Source of the DNA: Alphaproteobacteria bacterium
GTDB lineage: Bacteria; Pseudomonadota; Alphaproteobacteria; UBA9219
Assembly: GCA_009779745.1 (NCBI GenBank)
Contig: WRDR01000003.1
Span: 18,544-82,543 of the forward strand
Reading direction: 5' to 3'
DNA: 64,000 nt
A program made the position numbers and the translations under genes. Below, piece after piece: positions 53,654 to 64,000 of this stretch; the stretch's first letter is position 1, and each line of letters begins with the position of its first letter. The notes below the pieces were generated by a model, which was given only the letters and a program-made list of their open reading frames with translations, did no database searches and was not told the DNA's origin.

Positions 53654-55713
53654 CAAAGCTGGTCATAGATAATCAGGAAATAGAGGTGGAAGAGGGTACA
53701 AGCATTTTGCAAGCCTGTGAACAGCTCGGCATAAAGATACCCCGTTTCTGCTATCATGATAAGCTGAGTGTAGCCGGCAACTGCCGCATGTGTTTGGTGG
53801 AAGTTGAAAACATGGCTAAACCAGTCGCAAGCTGCGTTCAGCCTTGCTCCGAGGGTATGGTAGTTCACACAAATACCTCCAATGTCAAGAACGCTCGGGA
53901 CAGCGTTATGGAGCTTTTACTCATCAATCACCCGTTGGACTGCCCCGTATGCGATCAAGGAGGAGAGTGTGATTTACAGGACTATGCTTACGAGTATAGA
54001 AATAAGGGTTCAAGATATAATTTTGCCAAAAGGCAGATGCCGAATAAAGATTTGGGACCTTTGATAAAAACCGATATGAACAGGTGCATTGCCTGCACTA
54101 GGTGCATAAGGTTCATGGACGAAATATGCGGCGTTCCGTCTTTGGGAGGACTGTACAGAGGAGAGAAGCTGGATATAGGAACGTATGTGTCTAAAGTTTT
54201 AACGTCCGAGTTATCCGGAAACCTCATAGATGTTTGTCCTGTAGGAGCGTTGACAAATAAGCCTGCTGCGGGCACGTACAGACCTTGGGAGTTAAGAAAG
54301 ACTATAAGTGTTGACGTGTTTGATGCCGTAGGCAGCAATATTTGCATAGATACTAGGGACAACGAAATTATCAGAGTTACTCCCATAAGAAACGACGGTG
54401 TAAATGAAGAGTGGATTTCCGATAAGGCTCGATTTGCAATAGACGGGTTGAAGAAAAACAGGATTGATGCGCCGTATGTTGATAAGGTTCAAGCCGATTG
54501 GAGTGAGGCTTTCAATCAAATTTCCGAAAAGCTGGGAAAAACCTCGCCGGAACGTATAGCGGTAATAGCCGGAAATATGGTTGATTGCGAGAGCATGTTT
54601 GCGATGAAGATGCTGATGTCCGCTATGAAGTGCTGTAATCTTGATTGCTGTCAGGACGGAAGCGTGTATGATATTTCCGCCAGAAATAATTATATATTCA
54701 ATGCAGGAATAGCGGGAATAGACGAGGCGGATGCCATAATCCTTATAGGAACAAACCCCAGAAAAGAAGCACCCGTATTGAATGCCAGAATACGCAAAAG
54801 GTTATTGAAGGGTGATTGCAGCATTGCTCTTATAGGCGAAGAAGCAGACCTCGGATACCCATACACGCATTTGGGCAATACTCCGCAGGCGATTACCAGT
54901 TTGATGGGAGTGGAAGGAGATTTTGCCTACATACTTAGCCGTGTTGACAAGCCTATGTTTATTCTGGGCGCCGGAGTGATGGCCAGAGATGACGGCGCAG
55001 CCGTACACCAGAATGCAAAAATTTTAGCGCACAGATACGGAGCAGTACGCACTGATTGGAACGGTTTTAATGTCTTACAGAACGTGAGTTCCAGAGTAGG
55101 GGGATTGGATATAGGATTTGTTCCTCCCGAAGGCACAGGATACGGAGTTCACGGAGTATACGAAGGCAAGGCTGATGTTTTATGGCTGGTAGGAGCTGAT
55201 GAGTTGGATTTTGACAGAATACGGAAAGCTAATCCCAATGTGTTTATAATTTATCAGGGACATATCGGAAGTGCTGGAGCTGAGAATGCCGATGTGGTAA
55301 TGCCGGCTGCGGCATACACGGAAAAAGACGCTATTTACGTAAATACGGAAGGCAGACCTCAGACTGCTTTTCAGGCAGTGTTCCCGCCGGGAATGGCTAA
55401 ACCGGACTGGAGTATTATCAGAGAATTTTCCGAATTGTACGGCTGCAAGCTGCCATTTGATTCTTTGGCAGAGCTTAGGGCTTTGATGTTCAGTCAGGTG
55501 CCGGTATTTATCATTGAAGAACATACTCACCAAGAGATAATGACTTCTTACTCCAGTTATTTGAATGACAGTACCATGTCTAACGCTCCTTTCAAACCGG
55601 CGATTGATAATTTTTACATGACTGACACTATCAGCAGGAATTCCGATACAATGAAGAAATGTACTGAACAGATTCTCGGGCTGTCTTCTAAAACGTATTC
55701 AGAGGGAGCATGA
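53650..55713 (+). CDS. nuoG: NADH-quinone oxidoreductase subunit G
   Basis: 687 aa. [33 protein letters not shown] and CI.CTRC. Confidence 0.95.
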   Translation: MTKLVIDNQEIEVEEGTSILQACEQLGIKIPRFCYHDKLSVAGNCRMCLVEVENMAKPVASCVQPCSEGMVVHTNTSNVKNARDSVMELLLINHPLDCPVCDQGGECDLQDYAYEYRNKGSRYNFAKRQMPNKDLGPLIKTDMNRCIACTRCIRFMDEICGVPSLGGLYRGEKLDIGTYVSKVLTSELSGNLIDVCPVGALTNKPAAGTYRPWELRKTISVDVFDAVGSNICIDTRDNEIIRVTPIRNDGVNEEWISDKARFAIDGLKKNRIDAPYVDKVQADWSEAFNQISEKLGKTSPERIAVIAGNMVDCESMFAMKMLMSAMKCCNLDCCQDGSVYDISARNNYIFNAGIAGIDEADAIILIGTNPRKEAPVLNARIRKRLLKGDCSIALIGEEADLGYPYTHLGNTPQAITSLMGVEGDFAYILSRVDKPMFILGAGVMARDDGAAVHQNAKILAHRYGAVRTDWNGFNVLQNVSSRVGGLDIGFVPPEGTGYGVHGVYEGKADVLWLVGADELDFDRIRKANPNVFIIYQGHIGSAGAENADVVMPAAAYTEKDAIYVNTEGRPQTAFQAVFPPGMAKPDWSIIREFSELYGCKLPFDSLAELRALMFSQVPVFIIEEHTHQEIMTSYSSYLNDSTMSNAPFKPAIDNFYMTDTISRNSDTMKKCTEQILGLSSKTYSEGA

Positions 55714-56708
55714 CTATGGAATTCTTTTATGAATACTTGTGGCCGCTTATCTGGATTGCCATAAAAATCGGATTGATAGTAGCTCCGCTTATGGGAGCCG
55801 TGGCATACCTCACTTATGCAGAGAGAAAAGTTCTTGCGGCTATGCAGTTAAGAAAAGGCCCCAATGTTGTCGGACCTTTCGGAGTTTTGCAGCCTGTAGC
55901 GGACGGAATAAAGCTGTTGGGTAAAGAGATGATACTGCCGGCAGAAGCTGATAAAATAATTTTTGTCGGAGCTCCTATTTTTGCGTTTTTTATATCTCTT
56001 ATTGCGTGGGCTGTTATTCCTTTCGGAGACGGGCTTGTTCTGGCGGATATCAATGTAGGACTACTGTATTTAATAGCGGTATCATCTTTATGTGTTTATG
56101 GAATTTTATTCGCAGGCTGGTCTTCCAATTCCAAGTATCCGTTTTTAAGTTCTCTAAGAGCTGTTGCGCAGTTAATCTCTTATGAACTGGTTATAGGGGT
56201 GGTTTTTGTTTGCGTGATACTATTCGCCGGCAGTCTCAATTTATCGGAGATTGTAAAGTCTCAAGAAGACGGCTGGTTTGCGTTTACGCTTTTGTTTCCA
56301 ATCTTTATTATATACATAATAGCTGTTCTCGCAGAAACCAACAGGCACCCGTTCGACCTGCCGGAGGGAGAATCCGAAATAGTGGCGGGCTTTCATACGG
56401 AATATTCTTCTATGGCATTTGCTATGTTTTTCCTCAGCGAATATGCTAATATGATTTTACTCAGCAGTATTGCAGTGCTATTGTTTTTAGGAGGCTGGCT
56501 TTCTCCTATACCTGCTTTAGATTTTATTCCCGGTATTATTTGGTTTTTCGTAAAAGTTGCTTTGTTCCTGTTCATTTTCCTATGGGTAAGAGCTACTCTT
56601 CCGCGATACCGCTATGATCAGCTGATGAGTATAGGCTGGAAGGTTCTTTTGCCTATATCTTTTCTGTGGGTTGTAGTAGTGTCTGCTTATGTAACGTTCG
56701 GAGTTTAG
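55710..56708 (+). CDS. nuoH: NADH-quinone oxidoreductase subunit H
   Basis: 332 aa. [31 protein letters not shown] and YEY-type motifs (HTEYSS). Confidence 0.95.
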   Translation: MTMEFFYEYLWPLIWIAIKIGLIVAPLMGAVAYLTYAERKVLAAMQLRKGPNVVGPFGVLQPVADGIKLLGKEMILPAEADKIIFVGAPIFAFFISLIAWAVIPFGDGLVLADINVGLLYLIAVSSLCVYGILFAGWSSNSKYPFLSSLRAVAQLISYELVIGVVFVCVILFAGSLNLSEIVKSQEDGWFAFTLLFPIFIIYIIAVLAETNRHPFDLPEGESEIVAGFHTEYSSMAFAMFFLSEYANMILLSSIAVLLFLGGWLSPIPALDFIPGIIWFFVKVALFLFIFLWVRATLPRYRYDQLMSIGWKVLLPISFLWVVVVSAYVTFGV

Positions 56709-56711
56709 AGC

Positions 56712-57200
56712 ATGATGTCATTTCTAAGGTACATCAAGATTATATCGCTCTATGATATAGTGCGCGGACACATTTTGACTTTTTCATATTTGTTCAAAAG
56801 ACGGGTCACAATAAATTATCCGTATGAAAAGGGTCCTCTTAGCCCCAGGTTCAAAGGAGAACACGTTCTTAGGCGTTATCCTAACGGCGAAGAACGCTGT
56901 ATTGCCTGTAAGTTATGCGAGGTGGTTTGTCCTGCTCAGGCAATTACTATTGATTCCGAATTCAGACAAGACGGAGTGCGGAGAACTTCAAGGTATGAAA
57001 TAGATTTCAACAAGTGCATCTTTTGCGGACTGTGCCAAGAGGCTTGCCCGGTAGACGCTATAGTAGAGAGTCCTAATTTTGAATTCGGAACATGGACTAA
57101 GGAAGAGCTGTATTATACAAAGGAAAGACTGTTGGAAAAAGGTGATTTGTGGGAAGGCGCAGTTGCCAGTAATCTTAAGGCAAATCAGAAATATAGGTAG
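56712..57200 (+). CDS. nuoI: NADH-quinone oxidoreductase subunit I
   Basis: 162 aa with two 4Fe-4S motifs, [12 protein letters not shown] and [12 protein letters not shown]. Confidence 0.95.
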   Translation: MMSFLRYIKIISLYDIVRGHILTFSYLFKRRVTINYPYEKGPLSPRFKGEHVLRRYPNGEERCIACKLCEVVCPAQAITIDSEFRQDGVRRTSRYEIDFNKCIFCGLCQEACPVDAIVESPNFEFGTWTKEELYYTKERLLEKGDLWEGAVASNLKANQKYR

Positions 57201-57821
57201 GTGTTTTTTATGTTCTCAGCAATAATGTTTTATATATATTCTGCAATATTGCTGACTTCGGCAGGCATGGTCGTTTGCTCTAAAAACCTTGTGCACGCTT
57301 TGCTTTTTTTAATACTGTGTTTTGTAAATGTCGCGTGTTTGTTTATTTTAATCGGGGCTGAATTCCTAGCTTTCATTTTGATTATTATTTACGCAGGTGC
57401 AATCGCAATACTATTTTTGTTTGTTATAATGATGCTGGATATCGGATTCAAGAAGCAGCTGAAAAAAGAGTGGAAAACGTATTTGCCTATGGCAATTGTT
57501 GTGTGTCTGGTTTTATTAGTTGAACTTATAATGACGGATATATCGTTTGACCCGGGCACTTTCATAGCGGAAGGAGCTGTGAGTGCGGAAAGTCAGGTGA
57601 GCAACACGCACGCAATGGGTCAAGTATTATATACCAAGTATTTTTTACCGTTTCAGGTATGTGGTCTTATATTGTTAACTGCGATGATAGGGGCTATTGT
57701 GCTAAACTTACGGGAAAGAAAACAGCGTAAGATGCAGTCGCCTATGGAGCAGACAAATGTTTCTGTATCGGATGTGATAAGAATAACTTCTGTAATTTCA
57801 AAGAATGGAGTCCAACTATGA
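57201..57821 (+). CDS. nuoJ: NADH-quinone oxidoreductase subunit J
   Basis: 206 aa, 5 TM. GAEFLAFILIIIYAGAIAILFLFVIMML. Confidence 0.9.
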   Translation: MFFMFSAIMFYIYSAILLTSAGMVVCSKNLVHALLFLILCFVNVACLFILIGAEFLAFILIIIYAGAIAILFLFVIMMLDIGFKKQLKKEWKTYLPMAIVVCLVLLVELIMTDISFDPGTFIAEGAVSAESQVSNTHAMGQVLYTKYFLPFQVCGLILLTAMIGAIVLNLRERKQRKMQSPMEQTNVSVSDVIRITSVISKNGVQL

Positions 57822-58390
57822 AAAAACGTGTAATATTCAGTATATTGGTTGTCTGTTTGCTGGCAGGCATTGTGTATATGGGTTTTGTGCGGAACTCCGG
57901 CGTTAATGAACCTGCAAAAACAGAGACCGCAGGTACGGCTGCTGTGGCGGATACTAAAGCACTGAAGCTGGCGGAAGAGTTCGTCAGGCTTTTTGATACT
58001 AAGACTAAAGTTATTGCCAATCTTAGATGGCGTTCGTTTAGTCTTGTTAACAGCGTTATAAAGGCTAATGAAGGTAATTTTAAGGAAGGCGAAGATTATA
58101 CTACTATGAGGCAGCTTGCCAATGAGGTGTTTGTTAAAATGTCGGAGCAGAATATAGCTGCTATTCAGAAGGAAATGGCTCAGAACATTGCCGTTATGTT
58201 TAGTACTAAAGAGCTGAAAGAGATGCTGGCGTTCTTTTCCTCCGATATCGGCAAAAAATATTTATCCAATGCAAACGCTATTCAGAGAGAGGAGCTGAAA
58301 GCTGTCAATAAAACTGTTTTGAGTTTATCTGATGAACTGAACAGAGAATTGAAAGATACGTTTGTACAGCGCGGGTTTAAAGTGCCATGA
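57818..58390 (+). CDS. DUF2059-like membrane-anchored protein encoded inside the nuo operon
   Basis: 190 aa with an N-terminal TM anchor ([19 protein letters not shown]). [21 protein letters not shown] resembles the DUF2059 core motif. Both ends overlap neighbours by ATGA (nuoJ stop and nuoK start). Confidence 0.6.
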   Translation: MKKRVIFSILVVCLLAGIVYMGFVRNSGVNEPAKTETAGTAAVADTKALKLAEEFVRLFDTKTKVIANLRWRSFSLVNSVIKANEGNFKEGEDYTTMRQLANEVFVKMSEQNIAAIQKEMAQNIAVMFSTKELKEMLAFFSSDIGKKYLSNANAIQREELKAVNKTVLSLSDELNRELKDTFVQRGFKVP

Positions 58391-58704
58391 ACATAGAGCT
58401 GCATCATTTTTTAGTATTGTCTGCGATTTTGTTCATGACGGGCATTATAGGCATAATATTTCATAGGAGGAATATTATAGGTGTTTTCATGGCTATAGAG
58501 CTGATTTTGCTGTCAGTGATTATAAATTTTACAGCATTCTCCGTATATCAGGGAAACATCAGCGGACAGATTTTTTCAATGTTTATACTCACAGTAGCTG
58601 CCGCAGAAACTGCTTTAGGTTTGGCTATACTGACAGTGTATTTCCGCAACAGAGGTTCTGTGGATATAGAGGCTGAAACATTGATAGGAGAAGATAAACC
58701 GTGA
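58387..58704 (+). CDS. nuoK: NADH-quinone oxidoreductase subunit K
   Basis: 105 aa, 3 [16 protein letters not shown]...[14 protein letters not shown]. Confidence 0.95.
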   Translation: MNIELHHFLVLSAILFMTGIIGIIFHRRNIIGVFMAIELILLSVIINFTAFSVYQGNISGQIFSMFILTVAAAETALGLAILTVYFRNRGSVDIEAETLIGEDKP

Positions 58705-60680
58705 ATCTGTCTTTAGACATTGCTATAATTTTTCTTCCTCTGATAGGCGCAGTGCTTGCAATGCTTATCGGAACCAAAGTCTTCCTGCCTAAATTTTTAA
58801 AAGAAAAATATCAGGACGGCTGCGATAAGGCGGCTCAGGTTGCAGCGACAGGCTGTATGTTAATTGCTGCGATTTTTTCCATAGTCCTGTTCCGGTATGT
58901 GGCTGTTGAGGGACATGAAGCCAACACTATGTTATTCGAATGGATAGCTTCCGGAAATTTGAAAGCGGACTGGGGCATAAAACTGGATACTCTTTCAGCT
59001 TTGATGCTGCTAGTCGTATCCGTAGTATCGTGTTTAATACATTTATATTCTATCGGTTATATGGCGGAGGACAAAAGCAAATCCAGATTTATGGCGTATT
59101 TGAGTTTATTTACGTTTTTTATGTTTGTGCTGGTTGTTGCGCCTAATATGCTTCAGATGTTTTTTGCTTGGGAAGGAGTCGGCTTTGCCTCTTATATACT
59201 GATTAGCTTCTGGTATGAAAAAGAGTCTGCGAATGATGCGGGTATAAAGGCTTTTCTGGTCAACAGAGTTTCCGATTTTGCATTTTTATTAGGCATCTTT
59301 GCCTGTTTTGTTTTGTTTAATTCTTTGGATTACACCACAATGTTTGCCAAAGCTGCCAAAGCTTCGGAAGTCCACTGGGAGATTTTAAGCGTATCTGTTC
59401 ATGCCGTCTCTTTGATTTGCTTTTTATTCTTTATAGGGGCTATGGGGAAATCCGCACAGCTGGGACTGCATACATGGCTTCCGGACGCTATGGAGGGACC
59501 TACTCCAGTATCTGCGCTTATTCACTCTGCCACTATGGTTACGGCAGGAGTGTTTATGATTGTCCGCCTTTCTCCGCTGTTTGAACATGCTCCTTTTGTT
59601 TTATCTTTTATCACTGTTACAGGAGTGCTGACCTGCTTGTTTGCCGGACTTGTTGCTATTACTCAATTTGATATAAAAAAGGTCATTGCTTATTCTACCA
59701 TAAGCCAGCTGGGCTTCATGTTCTTTGCCATAGGCATATCGGCATATTCTGCGGCTATGTTTCATCTTGTGACTCATGCGTTTTTCAAATCTTTACTGTT
59801 TTTGACGGCAGGAGCTGTCATTCACTCCATGCACGGCGAGCAGGATATGCGGAAAATGGGAGGGCTTAAAGAATATATGCCTTTCTCACATTACTTCACT
59901 TGGATAGGCTCTCTGGCTTTAATGGGCATAGGAATAATAGGCGTTTTCGGCTTTTCCGGTTTCTATTCTAAGGAACTGATTTTAGAATCCGCTATTGCAA
60001 AAAATACCGGAATGGGAACATTTGTTTATTACTCCGGCGTAATAGCAGCGTTTTTAACTGCGCTGTATGCCTCCAGAATGATTTTCATGACTTTCTTTGG
60101 TGACAGAAAGGTTTTGAACAGAAGAGAAGAAATACATGAAGCTCCCGCTATTATGATACTGGCTATGCTGCCGTTGGTTATAGCGTCTGTGTTTCTGGGC
60201 TGGCTTGCGTTTGATTGGTTTACCGGAAGCAAAGCTGTTGAGTTTTGGAAAAACTCTATTTTTGTCTCAGATCATGAAAGCAGTCATGCAGGACTATTAT
60301 ACACTATTTTGCCTATAACGCTTGTGTCGTCCGGAGTTGCGCTTGCTTATATTGCATATGACATTATAAAAGATATTCCTCAGAAAATATCTAATAAGTT
60401 AGGCGTTGTTTATCGTTTGATATACGACAAATTTTATTTTGATGAAGCGTATAACATGATATTTGTCCGTCCGTTTGGCGCAATAGCGAGATTCATGCGG
60501 ACTAAAATAGATGACGGATTCATAGACAAATTCGGAGTCGATGGAATAGCAAGAGTATCTATAATGGTAACGCGTAAAATAGTATCTGTTCAGACTGGAT
60601 ATTTGTATCACTATGCGTTTGCCATGATACTGGGGCTTGCTTTGTTAGTTTCTTGGTTCTGGGGTTGGAGGTTGTATTAG
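58701..60680 (+). CDS. nuoL: NADH-quinone oxidoreductase subunit L
   Basis: 659 aa. [51 protein letters not shown]. Confidence 0.95.
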   Translation: MNLSLDIAIIFLPLIGAVLAMLIGTKVFLPKFLKEKYQDGCDKAAQVAATGCMLIAAIFSIVLFRYVAVEGHEANTMLFEWIASGNLKADWGIKLDTLSALMLLVVSVVSCLIHLYSIGYMAEDKSKSRFMAYLSLFTFFMFVLVVAPNMLQMFFAWEGVGFASYILISFWYEKESANDAGIKAFLVNRVSDFAFLLGIFACFVLFNSLDYTTMFAKAAKASEVHWEILSVSVHAVSLICFLFFIGAMGKSAQLGLHTWLPDAMEGPTPVSALIHSATMVTAGVFMIVRLSPLFEHAPFVLSFITVTGVLTCLFAGLVAITQFDIKKVIAYSTISQLGFMFFAIGISAYSAAMFHLVTHAFFKSLLFLTAGAVIHSMHGEQDMRKMGGLKEYMPFSHYFTWIGSLALMGIGIIGVFGFSGFYSKELILESAIAKNTGMGTFVYYSGVIAAFLTALYASRMIFMTFFGDRKVLNRREEIHEAPAIMILAMLPLVIASVFLGWLAFDWFTGSKAVEFWKNSIFVSDHESSHAGLLYTILPITLVSSGVALAYIAYDIIKDIPQKISNKLGVVYRLIYDKFYFDEAYNMIFVRPFGAIARFMRTKIDDGFIDKFGVDGIARVSIMVTRKIVSVQTGYLYHYAFAMILGLALLVSWFWGWRLY

Positions 60681-60681
60681 A

Positions 60682-62169
60682 ATGGAAACCGCACTATCCG
60701 ACATACCGCTGCTTTCTGTCATGACGTTTTTTCCGTTACTAGGAGCGTTGTGTATATTTTTTATAGCTAAATTTACCAGACTCAAGACAGATGCTTCCAA
60801 AGTTATAGCATTAACCGTCTCTTTCGTAACGTTTCTCTTGGCTTTAGCAGTGTTTTTTGTTTTTGATAATACCAATCCTGCGTTTCAGCTAGTAGAGCGA
60901 GCATCATGGTTGCCTTCTTTCAACGCAGAATACATAAGAGGTATTGACGGTATTTCTTTATGGTTTGTGATGATTACGGCTATTATTACTCCGATAGCGA
61001 TATTGAATTCTTTCGGCAGCATCAAGAAAAATATACACGAGTTCATGATTGCGGTTTTGATACTGGAAACCATGATGATAGGCACGTTCACGTCTCTGGA
61101 TTTAGTGCTGTTTTATGTTTTCTTCGAGGGAGTCCTTATACCTATGTTTTTGATTATAGGCATATGGGGCGGAGAGAAAAGAATTTATGCTACGTATAAA
61201 TTTTTTCTGTATACATTGCTGGGCTCGTTGCTGATGCTGGTTGCTGTTCTGTATATAGCTGTTGCGTTCAACACTACGGATATGATGCAGCTCATAGAAC
61301 AAGGAGTGCCTATAGATGCGGCAATATGGATATGGCTGGCTTTCTTTGCTTCGTTTGCAGTGAAAACTCCTATGTTTCCGTTTCACACGTGGCTGTCTTA
61401 TGCCCACGTAGAAGCACCTACGACCGGTTCGGTATTGCTTGCAGGAATATTGCTCAAAATGGGAGCTTACGGGTTCATCAGAATATCTCTGCAAATGCTG
61501 CCGGAAGCCGGTATGCTGTTTGCTCCTATGATGATTGTTCTTAGTATAATCGCTATAATATACGCCTCTTTTGTTGCCTTTGCTCAAACAGATATGAAAA
61601 AGCTGATAGCGTATTCTTCTGTAGCTCATATGGGATTTGTGACGCTGGGGCTGTTTTCTATGAATGAACAGGGGCTTGACGGAGCAATGTTTGTTATACT
61701 CTCTCATAGCTTTGTGTCGGCTGCGCTGTTTATGGGAGTCGGAGTTGCATATGACAGGCTGCACACAAGAGAGATAGCCCGTTTTGGAGGCATGGCTTCT
61801 AATATGCCTCAGTACGCTATGTTTTTCATGATATTTACGCTGGCTGCCGTAGGACTTCCGGGAACGTCCGGATTTACAGGCGAGTTTTTGTCTCTCTTGG
61901 GCGCATATAAAGCGAATATCTGGATTGCAGTGTTTGCCGGCCTTGGAATTATTCTTGGTGCTGTTTATATGCTGTCTTTGTACAGAAGGTTGTTTTTTGG
62001 AAAGCAGGATAAAGAAGACGTTTCAAAAATGCCGGACTTAAGCGTCCGGGAAAGCCTTTGTTTTGCGCCGCTGGCAGTTTTAGTTTTCTGGATAGGACTC
62101 TATCCCAGTACATTCAGTAATCAGTATTCAGCAACAATGAAAACTATCTTAGAGAGGTTAGTGCAATGA
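60682..62169 (+). CDS. nuoM: NADH-quinone oxidoreductase subunit M
   Basis: 495 aa. FAVKTPMFPFHTWLSYAHVEAPTTGSVLLAGILLKMG. Confidence 0.95.
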   Translation: METALSDIPLLSVMTFFPLLGALCIFFIAKFTRLKTDASKVIALTVSFVTFLLALAVFFVFDNTNPAFQLVERASWLPSFNAEYIRGIDGISLWFVMITAIITPIAILNSFGSIKKNIHEFMIAVLILETMMIGTFTSLDLVLFYVFFEGVLIPMFLIIGIWGGEKRIYATYKFFLYTLLGSLLMLVAVLYIAVAFNTTDMMQLIEQGVPIDAAIWIWLAFFASFAVKTPMFPFHTWLSYAHVEAPTTGSVLLAGILLKMGAYGFIRISLQMLPEAGMLFAPMMIVLSIIAIIYASFVAFAQTDMKKLIAYSSVAHMGFVTLGLFSMNEQGLDGAMFVILSHSFVSAALFMGVGVAYDRLHTREIARFGGMASNMPQYAMFFMIFTLAAVGLPGTSGFTGEFLSLLGAYKANIWIAVFAGLGIILGAVYMLSLYRRLFFGKQDKEDVSKMPDLSVRESLCFAPLAVLVFWIGLYPSTFSNQYSATMKTILERLVQ

Positions 62170-63635
62170 TAGAAGCATCTGACTTTTTGTTGATTGCACC
62201 TGAAATACTGTTATTTGCAGGCGTACTTGTTACTGTTGTTATGGCTGCCTTTATGGGAGATAAACGTGCGAAAACAGTAAACATAGCGGTACTGCTGTTT
62301 TTTGCGCTTGCCGGATATGCAGTATTTTTTCCCAATAGAGTATCTGATTTTATGGGCGGAATGTTTCCGTTATTTCTTTTCAACGAGCAATTCATAGAAG
62401 ATGCCGTATCTAGGTTTGCGAAAGGTTTTATACTGATAGCGTCTTCGGGTATCATACTTTTATCATGGACTTATTTTAAGCAGATAAACAACCAAAAAGC
62501 CGAATATCCCGTATTGATTATGCTGGCGGTGCTTGGAATGTTTTTCATGGTGTCTGCAAATGATTTTATAATGCTTTATGCCGGATTGGAACTTCAGAGC
62601 CTTGCCTTATATATTCTCGCTGCATTTAACAGAAGCTCTGCAAAATCTTCCGAGGCAGGATTAAAGTACGTTATCTTAAGCGCAATTTCTTCCGGAGTCT
62701 TATTATATGGTCTGTCGTTTATATACGGGTATTTCGGGACTACAAATTTTGCCGAGTTATATGCTCTGGTCAGTCAGACGCAAGAGATGCCTATGATAGC
62801 TGCTGTGGGAATGGTGTTTGTTTTAGCTGCGCTTGCATTCAAAATATCTGCTGTTCCGTTTCATATGTGGGCACCTGATGTGTATACCGGAGCACCCAGT
62901 CCAGTCACGGCGTTTTTTGCTACTGCACCTAAGTTCGCAGCGTTCATTCTGCTAGTAAGACTTTTGTTCCAGCCTTTCGATGGATTATCTCAAAATTGGA
63001 TACAGGCAATTATTTTCCTCTCGGTAGCTTCTATGGTACTTGGAGCTTTTGCAGGACTTGCGCAAAGCAACATCAAGAGGCTGCTTGCGTACAGCAGCAT
63101 TGCGAACGTAGGATACTTGCTTATAGGAGTTATTGCAGGAGGACAATATGGATTACAGGCTGTTTTACTGTATTTTGGAATTTATATTATAAATCTCTTG
63201 GGGATTTTTGCGGTTCTTATTGCACTGAACAAAAATGACAAGCCGACTGATAGGATCGAGGACTTTAGCGGTCTTTCAAAAACAAATCCATATCTGGCGT
63301 TCTGCATGATGATTTTGCTGTTTTCATTAGCAGGCATACCGCCGCTTGCAGGATTTTTCGCCAAGTACTTTGTATTTTTTGCAGCCGTAAAAAGCGGATA
63401 CACTGCCCTTGCCGTAATAGGCGTTCTTAGCAGCGTTATCAGCGCATATTATTACCTGCGTATAATCAGAATAATGTATTTCAGCGAGCCTATGGAAGGG
63501 GCGGCGTTGAGATCAGATTTTGCAGTGAATGCCATAGCCGGATTTGCCGCAATTGCTATGATAGGATTTATCCTAATGCCGGAGCTGTTTTCCGACCTCA
63601 GCCTCAGAGTTGCAGCGGATATTTTGATAGAGTAA
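62166..63635 (+). CDS. nuoN: NADH-quinone oxidoreductase subunit N
   Basis: 489 aa. GLELQSLALYILAAF, FKISAVPFHMWAPDVYTGAPSPVTAF. Confidence 0.95.
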   Translation: MIEASDFLLIAPEILLFAGVLVTVVMAAFMGDKRAKTVNIAVLLFFALAGYAVFFPNRVSDFMGGMFPLFLFNEQFIEDAVSRFAKGFILIASSGIILLSWTYFKQINNQKAEYPVLIMLAVLGMFFMVSANDFIMLYAGLELQSLALYILAAFNRSSAKSSEAGLKYVILSAISSGVLLYGLSFIYGYFGTTNFAELYALVSQTQEMPMIAAVGMVFVLAALAFKISAVPFHMWAPDVYTGAPSPVTAFFATAPKFAAFILLVRLLFQPFDGLSQNWIQAIIFLSVASMVLGAFAGLAQSNIKRLLAYSSIANVGYLLIGVIAGGQYGLQAVLLYFGIYIINLLGIFAVLIALNKNDKPTDRIEDFSGLSKTNPYLAFCMMILLFSLAGIPPLAGFFAKYFVFFAAVKSGYTALAVIGVLSSVISAYYYLRIIRIMYFSEPMEGAALRSDFAVNAIAGFAAIAMIGFILMPELFSDLSLRVAADILIE

Positions 63636-63640
63636 ATAAT

Positions 63641-64000
63641 ATGATCTTTGACATTAATCGTATAGAGAGTACGGACAGTACTAATAACGAGATTAGGAAA
63701 TTTATAGGAGCGTCTCCGAAGAACGCAATAGTTCTTGCTGCTGAATATCAGACCGCAGGGCGCGGCAGAAGCAACAGAACATGGAGTTCTCCTAAAGGGA
63801 ATTTGTATACTTCTATTTTGATTAAGAATTCCTTAGAGCCTAAGCATATGGTGTTTTACAGTTTTGCTGCGGGATTGTCTGTAGCTGACGTTATAAGAAA
63901 TGCGCTGCCTGACGCAAGAGTTGAATTAAAATGGCCTAATGATGTGCTGTTGAATGGCAAGAAAACCAGCGGTATTCTGATTGAATCAACAGGTGATTTT
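63641..64000 (+). CDS. birA: Biotin--[acetyl-CoA-carboxylase] ligase, N-terminal part (runs off the window)
   Basis: STDSTNNEI...AEYQTAGRGRSNRTWSSPKGNLYTS...KWPNDVLLNGKKTSGILIE is the BirA catalytic signature (GRGRxxRxW). A nuoN-birA neighbourhood is common in alphaproteobacteria. Confidence 0.85.
   Translation, partial: MIFDINRIESTDSTNNEIRKFIGASPKNAIVLAAEYQTAGRGRSNRTWSSPKGNLYTSILIKNSLEPKHMVFYSFAAGLSVADVIRNALPDARVELKWPNDVLLNGKKTSGILIESTGDF

Noticed and set aside
61102-61764. 220-aa minus-strand ORF inside nuoM. Similar antisense ORFs lie at 40580-41101 in lysC, 52420-52947 in nuoF, 35365-35877 and 34543-35106 in divL, and 48034-48732 in phaC.
   Set aside because: All are antisense shadows of well-supported genes. 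They are basic or low-complexity and have no recognisable domains or RBS.

Overview
This is a chromosomal, mostly housekeeping window from an alphaproteobacterium. That assignment is an inference from several features: a CckA/ChpT/DivL/RcdA cell-cycle gene set, a 14-gene nuo operon with separate nuoC and nuoD followed by birA, and HpnA-like and MlaC/HpnM-like genes. The moderate-to-low GC, short REP-like palindromes and two type II TA pairs fit a host-associated or reduced lineage, but I cannot name the organism.

Content, left to right:
- GH17-like fragment, mlaC-like, dxs, fabG, ABC1 kinase, secY-adk, hpnA-like epimerase, rcdA, a PfkB-like gene, nadK.
- chpT next to a complete cheA(REC)-cheW-cheY-cheB-cheR operon with no receptor gene.
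- dinJ-yafQ, purB, a SYLF lipoprotein, hom, cckA, initiator tRNA-fMet.
- A disrupted GT9 glycosyltransferase, a HAD-like pseudoenzyme, NlpE/META lipoprotein, panD, DUF45 peptidase, a long ThyX-like gene, fabD, cutA.
- A divL-tsaE-beta-carbonic-anhydrase operon, hicAB, ubiG-ahcY, lysC.
- rpmG (missed by the ORF track) coupled to an EpmA-like gene, then glmU, recJ, phaC.
- nuoA-N with an extra DUF2059 gene between nuoJ and nuoK, and the start of birA.

I found no rRNA, CRISPR array, integrase, transposase or recognisable defence island, and no convincing multi-gene novel system. The observations most worth a second look are:
- A 95-nt poly-G/poly-A/(GC)n block that exactly splits the GT9 gene. 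It is either an assembly artefact or a hypermutable tract.
- A family of heptanucleotide tandem repeats at gene junctions that supply start codons, stop codons and terminal peptides.
- A 194-bp MITE-like element with perfect 27-bp inverted ends.
- TTAA-N7-TTAA (CtrA-box-like) sites upstream of three CtrA-pathway genes.
- The nuo-embedded DUF2059 gene.
- Several enzyme-fold proteins whose catalytic motifs are degenerate.
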